NCBI GenBank assembly: GCA_951406725.2
Contig: OX597818.1
Coordinates: 107,446,001 to 107,510,000 of the forward strand
Origin: Octopus vulgaris
Lineage: Eukaryota
Reading direction: 5' to 3'
DNA length: 64,000 nt
Notes under the pieces: generated by a model
Database searches by the model: none
Seen by the model: the letters and a program-made list of their open reading frames with translations, nothing else
Told to the model about the DNA's origin: nothing
In this document: in pieces, positions 1-12,190 of the stretch
Layout: each line of letters starts with the position of its first letter
How positions within the stretch are numbered: position 1 is the first letter of the stretch
Translations under genes and position numbers: made by a program

Positions 1-1229
1 TGAAGAAAATAACTCATGATTGACTGATACTTGCTATAAATAGTTGAATCAAGAAGGTAAAAATTATGAAGCTGACAAGTATGTAGATAGTTTGCTAGGT
101 CAATGATATTAATGTTGACAACAAGAATATTGTGTTAGAAATTCTGCTGCAAAATATAACCATGTTGTTAAATGAAAAACACTCACAAGAAAAAATGTAA
201 CGAAACAGTTGCTGGCTTATATGTCACTAGAATCTATAGAAAAGTAAGCCAAGTAATTTTTTTTTTTCAGCAACCAAAATGTGATTTTTTTGTTCTTTCT
301 ATTACTGGTCAATACATTTGGGAGGATCTAATATATACAGAATCAAGAATCTATCTTTGTACTGTTATTCAACTTTGTTGCTCATATACATGCTAGGGGC
401 CCTTCACAGTTGTTTTGCTTAGCTCATTCTCATTTCACCACATATGCACATACACACACACACACACTCACACACACACTCACACACACACACACACACA
501 TGATGCTTTGGGTTATAAAGAAAGAAAAAAAATTAAAATAAATTACTAGAAACTTGTTAAAGGTTTCTATTAACAGGAAGTCTCCTCCATATTACAGAAC
601 TTTGCATTCCTGAATATGTTGCCATAACAGAGGATTCTGTAATGGAAGGTTTATTTTTCCTATTGATATCTGTGTTGGGAATTGATATATGCTCAGATGG
701 GATTTTTACAACGAAACGTAAAGCAACTATTTTTGTGTAGGGAAATAACAATTTTTAAGCTTACACTGTACACTATGTTTACATAAAAAGATTAGAAGAG
801 AAATACATAAAGGATTACATGAGAATGCAGTAATATTATTGTAGAGTACATACTCATCACAAAAGATGTTGACTACTGTGTGATGGGAATGGGGAGTAAT
901 GGGAGTTTGTTGGAGGGAGAGAAGTACTATCTTCTGCTCCATACATTATCATCAGTCTTTGCTTAAGGAAACATTTATCCAAAGTTGTTGACATTTACGA
1001 TGCCTTGTCCCTGTCTATAGCTCAATATAGAAACTGATCTTGTAATATATTCTCTTGTTTTTATTTTATGTTCATGATGAGGATAGTTATCAGCAAAGAC
1101 TCGCAAGTAACAGCCTTTCAGCCATTTTTTTTATAGTCAACTAGAATGGTGTGACTGGAACTTTTATTTTCTCTCCTTACTCTGCAGTTCACTCTAACAC
1201 AATCAATTCCTCATTGAACAAACTTTCTC

Positions 1230-2530
1230 TTCAAGACTCTAACAACTCAACTCATCTTGTAAAAGTTCTTGAATTCTACATTGTTTGTGCCACAATATCT
1301 TCCTGAACAGACTCGCTGAAAGTATAAAACCTATAAATCATGGCCACAACTGGGCCATATGCTGCTTTCCCAAGTGCCATTCATAATTGTTTTTCATTTT
1401 ATCACATTCATTTTATACAATCTTTAATTGTAGGTTTATTCTTCCACAAATATTACTTTTTCTGGCTTGTTTCAAAGTTCTTCTCTGATAATGTCTTGAA
1501 GTTAACTCTCTCACTTTGTTCCATTGGCTGGCAAAAAGATGTGTTCCTGTGGTTATACTCTTACATTTTATTCTTTTACTTGTTTCAGTTAATGGACTGT
1601 GATCATGCAGGGGTAAACACTTTCATATTCTCAGAGAGACAACTTAAGTTTTCTGGATGGCTTGTTACTTTATTCAAAGGGGGAAATTTCACAGAAGAGA
1701 AATACCTCGCACTGGATCTTTCAACAGCAGGACGAAAGCACTTGTAAACCAGTCTTGGAAAGGTTTGTGGTTATTCAAGCCCCCTTATTTGAACACTAAA
1801 TCACAAGTAGAATATGATTATGGTAGCTTACTAAAGACATAGTTTTCAAGGGATACATGAGTAAGGGATTTAATTCCCCAGTATCATTTACATCACCATG
1901 AAATGTTAGATTATATCTGGAAGCTTCGAAACCTGATGTTGATTTTGCCTCAGAAGAAATCTCAATGAGTCATACACCTCCAGATTAGCTCAGCTTTTGC
2001 TTCATCAACATTGGACACTTGTTTTAATATGCAGCATCCTTGGAGAAATTATTTTCTTCAGTACCTCAAAATTATTAGCACCAATCTTCATATCAGTAGA
2101 ACAAAAATGCTTTTGAATTCTATGCAAAATAAGGTACCTCTTAAACTTTTCAAACCAGCTTTCAATTACCAAAAGAGATCCTGAATCAGAAATTACAGCT
2201 TTATCATCATGCAAATCATATACCAACTCTTGACTTTCACCTGTATTATATCCACACTCTGAAACCAGTACATATTAATGATCATATCAGGTCAATAATA
2301 AAATAATGTCTGGGCAGTTAAAAGACAATCGGTTTGAGCACTGGATCGAATTATGTCTTTATTGCTAGTTATTGTTCCCACTGTGAATATTGTGAACTTC
2401 AAGGTTTTTACAATGAGGATGAGTTTCTCTCCTGTTTGTAAAAAGCAATCTCTTTAAGAATCTATTTGTAAAATATAATCCTTTTGTATCTTCTTTTGGT
2501 ACAACTGCTTTACCTTCAAGTTGATGACCT
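1230..2530 (-). pseudogene. Degraded Tigger/pogo-family (CENP-B HTH + DDE_1) transposase
   Basis: Minus-strand fragments match pogo/Tigger motifs: TGEKL..IVK.L.F..TVGTI..NKD (N-terminal HTH), SWFEKFKRYLILHRI (GWF.KFK.R..LH), KQVSNVDE..LIW (QVFNVDETGL.W), GELNPLL (GD.LKPLL). Many stops and frameshifts; short SINE piece inserted near 1570-1625. Confidence 0.7.
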
Positions 2531-3411
2531 CATCCTAGTCATGATAAATAAAGGCTACACACTCTATTGTATCTACTTGTAGGTAAATGCAACCATGGCA
2601 GGGAAAGGCTAGAAAGGCACACCAAATATGAAAACAGTAGAATCCAAAGAAAGATGTAGTATTCTGTTATAACAAAAAATTATGCTTTTATTTTGAATGC
2701 AAGAATGGAAATCAGAAAAGGAAAGAAGTGGAGGAGAAAATTTGAAGGATAAGAACTGTACAATGTACGAGGATGTACAGTATGAATAAAGCTGGCAGCC
2801 AGAACTAGGGTGAGAATGTTGAGATCAATGGAAAACAAGATCAGTGGAGTTGATAAATACATAAACAAGGTGAGGGTTTGAGAGGGAGAGGCTAATTGTA
2901 TGCAAAAATGTTAAGAGCAAAGACAAACAATAAATAGGAGACAAGCAAGTGTAGGTGCTGGCGAAAAACATTAATATCAATGAAAACAAAAAAACTTGAA
3001 GGAGAAAAAGCAAATAAATTTTAAAAATTGAAGAGTCAGAAAAATTATGAGAGACGTGGCTGGATATTTTAAAATGTCAAATGCAATATATATTGTTTCT
3101 AAAAAAAAATAATAATTTTTATACATAAATATGGCTCATAATTTTAGTTTTCAAAATTGTTAAAATTTATCAGTTGAGGCAGAACTACAGGACATATTCC
3201 AAAATTATTGGTTATACTTTGCAATTCCTGTATGTGTGGAAATCTGTAACCAAGTTTCCATGATTAGTGGAAGATTCTCTCTGGAAACAGCTGATGAGTC
3301 ATTCCTTGTTACTTGTATCCATATGTATGTGTGTGTGTGTGCATGTGTATGCTTGTGCGTGTGTTTGTGTACATGTGTGTCTGTGTATATGTGTGCGTAT
3401 GTATGTGTGTG

Positions 3412-3455
<44 letters not shown>

Positions 3456-3459
<4 letters not shown>

Positions 3460-3672
3460 TAATTATATACTTAAACACAATAAGGGATTGGCTATAAACC
3501 TCTCCACATACTGGAAAGAATGAGACACCAAAAGACACTATTACCACCTTAAAATTCTCAGAGAAATCTCAGAGATTTTAAGGTGGTAATAGTGTCTTTT
3601 GGTGTCTATTTTTCCAGAGCATGGAGAAGCTTATAGCCAATTCCTTATTATGATTATGTATATAATTATTAA
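3456..3672. repeat. Long inverted repeat (~100-bp arms) beside a (TA)n tract; probable inverted retroelement insertion
   Basis: 3523-3555 AGACACCAAAAGACACTATTACCACCTTAAAAT is the exact reverse complement of 3575-3607; imperfect pairing extends out to 3456 and 3672. Confidence 0.9.
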
Positions 3673-3765
3673 AATATTAGTAAAATTTACCTAAAAGGTT
3701 TTTAATTCCACGCTGCCCCCCCCCCCCCGGTAAAATCATTAATGATTTTTACCTGTTATTAAAAG

Positions 3766-3809
<44 letters not shown>

Positions 3810-4074
3810 TCAAAATGAGGGTGAAAAATGTTATATTAATTTGATGACATCAATATTAACACCAGTGATCTAGCATATAAAAAAACTGAAATTCAGTAAA
3901 TAGTATTTTATACATAAATATAAGAGGGGATATTTTTTTTAACCACTATGTGGAAACCCTTATGCCAGAAGAAGATCTGCTATGGTCTTAACCACTAAGA
4001 ATTGTTCTCCAGAAAATTTAGCACAGCAGAAACGTAAGCGAGCAGACAAATGAAAAGTAACAAAAATATAGATT

Positions 4075-4153
4075 AATCATAAACAATTGTTTCACTATCA
4101 ACAAATTACGTAATTTTACTTACACAATTTATCTGTAGATCGTCAGTATGATT
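4075..4153 (-). ncRNA. Type I hammerhead ribozyme motif with long stem II (Penelope/retrozyme-like)
   Basis: Minus strand reads AAUCAUA-CUGACGA-U-CUA..long hairpin..UAG-U-GAAA-CAAUUG-UU^UAUGAUU. Stem I is 7 bp (extendable by AUAGA/UCUAU), the CUGANGA/GAAA core is intact, stem III is the palindrome ACAAUUGU. Predicted cut between 4082 and 4081. Confidence 0.8.
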
Positions 4154-4254
4154 GTCTATGCAGAATATAATTTGCAGAACTTCACGCCAGATATCAACAT
4201 GAGGTTGAAAATGCATGTAGTTCTACCTATTACATTTGCAGCATGAAGTTCTAC

Positions 4255-4380
4255 ATGGTTGGTGTTAGGAAGGGACTATGGAACCTGGTGTAACCCATAG
4301 CCTTACCAGTTCTTATCAAGCCATCTGACCTATGCCAGCTTGGAAAGCAGACGTTAAATGACAACGATGATGACGACGAC

Positions 4381-4415
<35 letters not shown>

Positions 4416-4416
4416 C

Positions 4417-4463
<47 letters not shown>

Positions 4464-4473
4464 CGACGATGAC

Positions 4474-4506
<33 letters not shown>
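4255..4506 (+). mobile_element. RTE-type 3' UTR fragment ending in an expanded (GAT/GAC)n tail
   Basis: TGGTTGGTGTTAGGAAGGG..CCTATGCCAGCTTGGAAAGCAGACGTTAAATGA matches the 3' end of the RTE copy at 32640-33112. Confidence 0.65.
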
Positions 4507-4507
<1 letters not shown>

Positions 4508-5639
4508 AGTTGTTATTCCCAGCTGGGTGAATGACCACATACAGACTTCCTAATCAGATCACAGATTGGTACTGAGTTTATTGTTAGTGTGTAGATACAG
4601 ACAGAATCTGCTTTGTGAGTTAAGATCACAATCTCTGGGTGGTCACCAGTGTTCTGACTGGGGCTTATTAGCACTTTATATCTAATTAGCAAATGATATG
4701 TTTTGTGCTTTTGTGATAAAGAAAGATGTGCAGTCCTCAGAGGTCAGATATTGTAAAGTTTGGAAGCTGTTGAAGGCATAAAGCTAAAAACAAAGTTCTA
4801 ATGATCTCCTAAAGGCCCTTAGAGACATTTAGCTTTGATTACATATTCCTCAAATTGGTGATGGGGGGAAATTATTTAGGAACTTTTTTTGTATTCTCTC
4901 TTTGTGCCTAACAGCCTCGTTAATTTTCTTTTAATTCTGATCCTTGTTCTGATCTCGAAATTAAAACATGAAATATCTTTTGCAAGCAACATTTTAGCAA
5001 AAAAAAAAAAATGAAAGAAAGAAAAAGAAAAAGATAAAGAAAAAGGAAAAAGAAAATCGAAAAGTGTATTTAGAATTTTTAGAAAGAAACAATCAATATG
5101 GCTTAATTATATGATGTGATAAAAATCTATAATGCCTAAAGAATATTTATTGACCAAAAATATTAGAAGTCTCAGAAAAAGTTAGTTCTTTGACCTCTCA
5201 AACTACTGCCATATCTCAAGAGATATTATTTCTTCACTACTTCCAAAATACTTGTCTTTTAATCCTGAGATTCATCTTATGGGGATAGCATAGGTATTGA
5301 TTATGATTTATTGGTGAATATAGATGAGAATATAAAGGATATGGTATGGTATTTACTGTATCTCTTTACGCATATCTACATGTCTATGAATGTGCAGTGT
5401 GTGCATGTGCTTGCAGATACACACGTATATGTATGTAGGTAATGTGCACTTACTTCTATCCTTTTCCTCTTGAACTATGAATACACACACATACAGACAC
5501 ACACATACACACACTTGCATCATATTATTATATTATGTTACAGGGTGAGAGAGAGAGAGAGAAAGAGAGACTTGTTCGTGTAGTGAAGTGAGCTGACAAC
5601 TTTTCTATTTTGTTAACAGCTTCTACCCTTCTTGCATAG

Positions 5640-6470
5640 TTTTAAAAAATCTAGTCGGTAGCATTAGTAGAAAGATATTGAAACTCATCTAACAAAGAAA
5701 TCTTTGACAAGGTGGCCCCTAATTATAGTAATGCTTTAGCTGCTAGTTTGATGATAAGATTACCTACATGCCCATCCCTTACCTGTTTAATGTTAATAAC
5801 AGACTACATCAGATTATCTTCCTCCCCGTCAGCAATTTCCTTAGATACTAAGCAAAATATTGCTAGAAATTTTCTAAATCTGATGGATAAACATTTTCCC
5901 CTCAACCATCACTATAGGAAATGTATTCAACATGAATATCTAAATGTGAATTATTGTTGTACCCCAACATGAAAGATACTACAACAGATGTTCAACTAAA
6001 CTAACAGAGGTTAAGTGTACATGCAGAAACATCAATGTGTACCTTTCTGAGCAATTATGCAATGCAGAGGGGATAATATATTTAAGTAGAAGTCAGTTCT
6101 GCTAAACCATAGTGTACAATAGAGCGTAAACACTATGATGATATGATGAAGGTAAGTTTAAGTGATGTAACATTAGTTACACATCATCTTTCGGAGACAG
6201 AGAAAAGTGGAAAGCAGCAACATTATCAAGTTATATGGGATGCTTAAAACAACATGGTTTATACTTTGACATTAGATAAAAAAAAGATTAAAAAAACACT
6301 TTGTGAAGCAGAACAGGCATTAAAAGGCTTAAAATCTGCAACTATTTACAAGGCATTAAAAAGATATACTTGAATAATATCAACAATTCTGGCAATTTTC
6401 TAAACATGAGATTGGAATTTTTTTTTTTTACTATCTCATGCCACAACCACAAAATGTACATAAACCCAGG
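5640..6470 (+). pseudogene. Degraded Penelope-like element (post-RT linker and GIY-YIG region)
   Basis: ORF 5712-5972 contains NIARNFLNLMDKHFPLNHHYRKCIQHEYLNVNYCCTPT, resembling the PLE motif NIG..FL.L+DKHFP..H...KIFN...+K+SYSC.PN; a CTCRN Cys motif follows. Confidence 0.6.
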
Positions 6471-6674
6471 ATATAGTAAACTACCATTGATCTATTTTGA
6501 ACTCCCTCTTTATTTATTCAATTTATGTATTGTTCTCTTCCTACTACTCAGAACACGATCCTCCTGCTCGCCCATAATATATCAATTGTCAGAATCCCTT
6601 CTGGTGATTTTTCTCCTCATCTAAAGATAATCTCAGAAACATTAAAATACTTTTTAATGGTTCAAATTATCTCT

Positions 6675-6880
6675 TTTACTCTTTTACTTGTTTCAGTCAT
6701 TTGATTGTGGCCATGCTGGAGCACTGCCTTTAGTCGAACAAATCAACCCCAGGACTTATTCTTTGTAAGCCTGGTACTTATTCTATTGGTCTCTTTTGCT
6801 GAACTGCTAGGTTATGGGGACGTGAACACACCAACATTGGTTGTCAAGCAATGGTGGGGGACAAACACACACACATATGT
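6675..6880 (-). mobile_element. tRNA-head SINE family A, 3' half
   Basis: TTTTACTTGTTTCAGTCATTTGA..GGCCATGCTGGAGCACTGCC.. is shared with 31660-32085, 14605-14970 and (reverse complement) 15133-15520. Confidence 0.8.
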
Positions 6881-7199
6881 GTGGTAAACTGTTTTTTTAA
6901 AGAGTATAAAGATTATTCTATTAGAGTTTCTAAAACCAAGTTGTGTTGCATTCGCTAATTTTCCTTTGGTATATGTGAACTTGTCCTAAAAGTCACTTCT
7001 AAATACTGCATTGTCCTAAAAGCCACTTCTATTTGTAATGAATCCTTAAAATTGTGCTCATATTCTAAATTTGGTCCTTATTCTATTGGTCTCTTTTGCC
7101 AAACTGCTAAGTAATGGGATGAAAACAGACCTACACCAACTGCCTAGACAGAATGACATAATCACATGCAGACACTAATTCAATATATTAGTTCCATAT

Positions 7200-7397
7200 T
7201 TTGGCACAAGGCCAGTAATTTCGGTGACAAAGTAAGTCGTTTACATCAACCACAGTGCTCACCCGTTAATTATTTAAGTGATTCCAAAAGGATGGAAGGC
7301 AAAGTGGTCCCTAACAGTATTTGAAATCAGATGTCAGAAGAAATGTTTGCAAAGCATTTTGTCCAATGTGGTTAGGATTCTGCTAGCTCACCACCTT
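7200..7397 (-). mobile_element. SINE family B (Meta-core-like)
   Basis: Reverse complement of the GGTGGTGAGCTAGCAGAATC head and the GCCTTCCATCCTTT core, as in 42937-43140. Confidence 0.65.
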
Positions 7398-8115
7398 ATG
7401 AATTCAATATCTTAAACACACACACACACACATGATAATTTTCCTCAAAGATAATTTTCCTCAAAGGAATTGGTTAGCCCAGGGGTAGTATAGAAGACCC
7501 TTGCCCAAAATACTCCTAACTCACAATGAATCAGAAATATATATCAAACATTAATTTTTAATATATGAAATATTTATTTAAGTATTCTAGTCACAAAGTA
7601 CACATAAGACTTTCTATGTTACTCGCTATTGTGACAAGGGAATGTCTTGAATAACATAGAATTATTTATTTCTTCAATTATATGTTTAAATACACTAAAT
7701 ACGTTGAAGTGCAACACATTTGATATCCATATAAATCTTATTAATAAAATATCTAATTAAAATTGCAAAGCACATAAATAATATTGAACACGTTTCTCAT
7801 AGTCCTGGAAGAGTGAAAGAGAAATTTCAAGCAAGTATCAACCTTCAGACGTTGTAGTGGTTTGGGGTGTTGTAAATTTTGTTACGAGATGAAGCATCTA
7901 TTTCATGTTGTCACTTTAAAGCAAAACTCGTTTTATCTGCCGGTGTAGAGTATGTTGTTCTGTCGCATTTAAATATTTGCTGCCCACATACACACACACA
8001 TACAAATAATACAAATTCATGTTCAGGAAAACATATTCACTTCTGTACATATACACATATATATACATGCACATACATGCAAACATATATATATATATAC
8101 ATATATGTACATATA

Positions 8116-8155
<40 letters not shown>

Positions 8156-8589
8156 CATATATGCATGTGTATTCATATAGAATTTTGCAAAACTTTATAT
8201 CAGATACAGTTTATCTATTCATATTTGTATATGCACTTGTGTACACAAAACAAAATTTTGTTCTCTTTCATTCAAACGCACACACAATTATATTTATTAT
8301 AGATACTTATATAACTTCACGTGTGTATGTAGTATCCTGTACTAGGTTTTAATTTAAGATATTCACATTCAATCACATATGCTTCCCCCCTCTACCTCCT
8401 CCTCCTCCTCCTCCTCCTCCTCCTCCTCCCCCTTCGCTCAGCTGTATCAGACAGTTGTCTATCCAATTCTGTTAAAAGGTACACAGTAGAATGAACAATA
8501 CCAATTCAACCAACGTTTAAATATCCCAAAATAGGTAAGATCATTTTCACAATCAAACATATTCCATCCCAAAATACACATTCCTATAT

Positions 8590-8676
<87 letters not shown>

Positions 8677-8965
8677 TACATACATGCATATGTATTTGTA
8701 TATGAATATATGAGCGTGTGTGTGTGTATATATATATGTATGCATATATATTTGTATATACATGCATCTATGTACATATATATATATGCATGTATGCCTA
8801 TATATGTGATTATACATATATGCAGTTATGAATGCATCCATATATTTATATATATATAAATGCATTGTTGTAAGAATATGTATGCATGAATGTATGTATG
8901 TTTACACACACGCACATACATATATACATACATATATACATACATATATACATATATATACATAT

Positions 8966-9006
<41 letters not shown>

Positions 9007-9321
9007 TACACACACACATCAAACTTTTTGCTTTTTGCTTTGTTTTTTTCCTTTTTAGAATAAATTTTGCTTCTAAAATTTGGCAAACTTTTTGAATTGC
9101 TTTAAACATTCTGTTTATCTTGATTAATTTTTACCATTTTTGTTGCTTTGTCTTTTGATATCAAACTCTCTACCATTTTTGAATTACAGGATTTGGCTTT
9201 GAATTGGTTATATTTGAGAGAAACACTTCTGAAGTCTACACTTTTGCTTTTGTTGAAACAACCTGACTGAAAGTGTGTTCACCCTTTACAAACTCTTTTA
9301 AGTAACAGTAGAAATAAATTG

Positions 9322-10490
9322 GCCATGTGATAAGAAATTTGCCTCTCAGCCATCTGGTTCTGGGTTCAGTCCCACTGCATGGCACATTTGGTGAGTGTCT
9401 TCTGCCATATCCTCAGGCTGGCCAAAGCCTTATCAGTGAGTTTGGTAGACAGAAACCGAAAGAAGCCCATTGGCTATATATATCATCATTATTTAATGTC
9501 CATTGTCCATGCTGGCATGGGTTTTATGGTTTGACCTGGGCTGGTAAGCTGAGGGGCTGCACCGGACTCCAGTCTGATGCCTTTCCTAATGCCGACCATT
9601 CTGAGAGTGTAATGGGTGCTTTTACATGCCACCAGCATGGGTGCCCGTTGTGTGATACCAGTGTCTGCCATAACCATGATTTCCCTTGGCTTCATTGGTC
9701 TTCAACTCATGCATAGCATATTGCCAAAAGCCTCAGTCATTTGTATATATGAGGCTCAATGTTCATGGTTGCCAGTTGTGTGACACCAGCATTGGCCATG
9801 GGTATGACTCCACTTGGCTTGGCAGGTCTTCTCAAGCACAACATATTGTCAAAGGTCTCAGTCCCCAGTCATTGCCTCTGTGAGGCCCAACATATGAGGA
9901 TCATACATCATACTTCATCCATTTGTCCCATGTCTTCCTGGGTCTACTTCTTCCACAGGTTTCTTCCACACTTAAAAATCAGTTCTTCTTTACACAGCTG
10001 TCCTCGTCCATATGCATCACATGACCATAATATATATATTGGCAACTGGTGTTGGTGTTTTAATGATTCCATGAGTCAGGGGTTTGGCAAAAGACACTGA
10101 TAGCATAAGTATCAGTCTGTAAAAATATTGAGCACTCAGGTCAAAATTCTGAAGGTGAATTCTTCGGTGATCAAACTCCATCATGGCTGCAGTTTGATCC
10201 CTGAAGTAAAGTAAAGATTGCTTCTCCAGTCATACCAAGTGATAAGGGCTAGTTTCCCAATTTCCATGGCATATACGTTCCCTACCTGGACAGGACACCT
10301 GTCCATCGCAGGATCACACATTTCTGCCAGCTGAGTGGACTGGAGCAACATGAAATGAAGTGTTTTGCTCAAGAACACAGGGCATCACCCGGTCCAGGAA
10401 TTGAAACCACAATCTTACGATCATGAGTCCAACATCCTAACCACTAAGCCACGCACCTCCATTAGTCTGAAACAAGTAAAAGAATAAAAG
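9322..10490 (+). mobile_element. Family A SINE split by a nested RTE fragment (9481-10028, minus) and a family C SINE (~10216-10461, minus)
   Basis: SINE head with GGTTCAGTCCC at 9322-9478; SINE body resumes near 10041; tail CTGAAACAAGTAAAAGAATAAAAGA at ~10467-10490. Confidence 0.7.
9481..10028 (-). mobile_element. 5'-truncated RTE-clade LINE (ORF C-terminus and 3' UTR)
   Basis: Homologous to 43479-44230 (CCCATGTCTTCCTGGGTCTAC; GRPRKTW region on the minus strand); (CAT)n tail at the left. Confidence 0.7.
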
Positions 10491-11066
10491 ACTAATTGAC
10501 AAACAGAAGAAAATAAAAACCTAGCCTTCTCCACTGAACTCAGAAGACAAATATCTAATATCAAAAATATATTAATATAATGTCAAGAAGAGAGGGTCTC
10601 CTAGAAATGGAAGTCAGAATCTGAATCTATTAATTTTAGTAAAGACAAGACAAATGAGATTTTTGAAATAAGTAACAATTTCTTCAGTGAAAATATCTGA
10701 AGGAAATTCTACCAGAATATTAAAGAAGAAGGAGGGAGAAAAAAGAGGAGGAGGGGAAGGAAGGGGAGGACAATGCAATGGAAGATACACCACCACCACC
10801 ACCACCACCACCACCACCATCAACAACAACAACAATAAAAACAGCAACACCAAAAATACAAATAATCTGAAAGAACATATGAATCCCCAAAATGATTATA
10901 AAAAGAGAAAGTAGAAATTTACGATAGAACCACAGAACTTGGATTAGGTAAAGATGAATTTACCAACAAGCATTGTTTCAGTTCTATATTTAAGAGATGA
11001 GGAATCATGTACATTGTTTACATTATTTATATTTGACGGGTATTTGTCCTTATCTTGTTTGTTGTT

Positions 11067-11112
11067 AACACAACGTTTCGGCTGATATACCCTTCAGCCT
11101 TCATCAGGTGTC
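11067..11112 (-). ncRNA. Minimal type I hammerhead ribozyme (Penelope pLTR type), intact core
   Basis: Minus strand reads GACAC-CUGAUGA-A-GGCUG-AAGGGUAUAU-CAGCC-GAAA-CG-UU^GUGUU; stem III is the palindrome (A)ACGU(U). Confidence 0.85.
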
Positions 11113-11162
11113 TTGAGGAAATTTCGAACCTGGGTTCTCATTCCTAAGATATTTTTCTGCTA

Positions 11163-11200
<38 letters not shown>

Positions 11201-11449
11201 GAGTGAGCGAGCAGAGCATGCCATCAAAGTGACACTGGGGTAAAATATACGAAGCCCAGCATACCCATCATGACTACCCATCTGATAAGGGTACACCAGG
11301 CACATGCATCACAACCATATGTGCGCGACATGGTGATCTCATAACAAGATAAACAGTACATGACCTTGCAGGTGGAGCCCAATTAGAATTTTCTTCAGAT
11401 CGAGTAACCCATCCCGTATTATGAGAACCTAAGTTCAAAATTTCCCCAA

Positions 11450-11495
11450 GGCACCTGATGAAGGCTGGAGAGTATATCAGCCAAAACGTTGTGTT
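11450..11495 (+). ncRNA. Second hammerhead copy with G12A core mutation (probably inactive)
   Basis: GGCAC-CTGATGA-A-GGCTG-GAGAGTATAT-CAGCC-AAAA-CG-TT-GTGTT; GAAA is changed to AAAA at 11483. Confidence 0.8.
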
Positions 11496-11724
11496 AACAT
11501 CAAATAAGATGGGGACAAATATCCATCAAATGTAAATAATGTAAATAATGTAAAGCATTGTTTCCATTTGAAAGGTTCTTTGAATTTATTGATTTATGTT
11601 TTTTAATGAAAATTCTTAAACGCTGTACAGTAAAGTTCTTCCAAAATATAACCACGAGGAATCTTTAATGTGGTCTCTAGATCAGCTAGAAACAGTTCCC
11701 ATATCTCATTCATTTACATTTAGA

Positions 11725-12190
11725 TTTTCTTTTCTGTTTGAAGTCACTCCTTGAGGCCTGTTTTATCGTTGGCAAGAAGCCAACAATAAAACAGGCCCGA
11801 AGCAACCACTTATGTTGGAAGTTACAGAAAAAGAAAGGAAAAGAGAATCAAACGAGAATTTACCACAGCAATCGTAGAAGAGTGAAGAGGGGATTTTAAA
11901 GAATTAAGATTAAATAAATCTTGGAAACAAGGTGAGAGTTCCATGTTTCAGAAGCTTGAGGGGAAAAACTAGAGAAGAAATGCTTCTTAAAAGAGGGAAT
12001 CATAAAACTGAGAAAAAGTTGAGAATTAACTGAAGATTAGTGAGTTGAGTGTGGAGTTAGAAGAGGAAAAAGTCTGAGAGGAGAGAGTTGAAAGGAACCA
12101 AGCACTGACCATTCCAATCGGTCAGTGAACTCAGATCAAGCTGAGGAGAATGTGATATTTTTAGCTGAGCAGACAAATCAGACTTACCAT
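11725..12190 (-). mobile_element. CR1/L2-like LINE 3' end with a 19-bp terminal stem-loop
   Basis: Minus strand gives SSFSPQASETWNS (compare SFFPR...WNSLP); hairpin 11755-11773/11779-11797 lies in the 3' UTR position. Confidence 0.5.

Larger units (their letters stand above)
10980..11552. mobile_element. Non-autonomous Penelope-like/retrozyme element: two inverted hammerhead-bearing arms with a 12-bp TSD
   Basis: ~11015-11151 is the reverse complement of ~11421-11552. AAGCATTGTTTC occurs at both 10968-10979 and 11553-11564. The centre holds (ATT)n and a fragment of the repeat seen at 21610-21830. Confidence 0.85.

Noticed and set aside
6598-6640. Hammerhead in the tail of the Penelope relic (CTGGTGA..GAAAC); also isolated CTGANGA hits near 3291, 57336, 63644
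   Set aside because: Core mutated or stems I-III cannot be closed.
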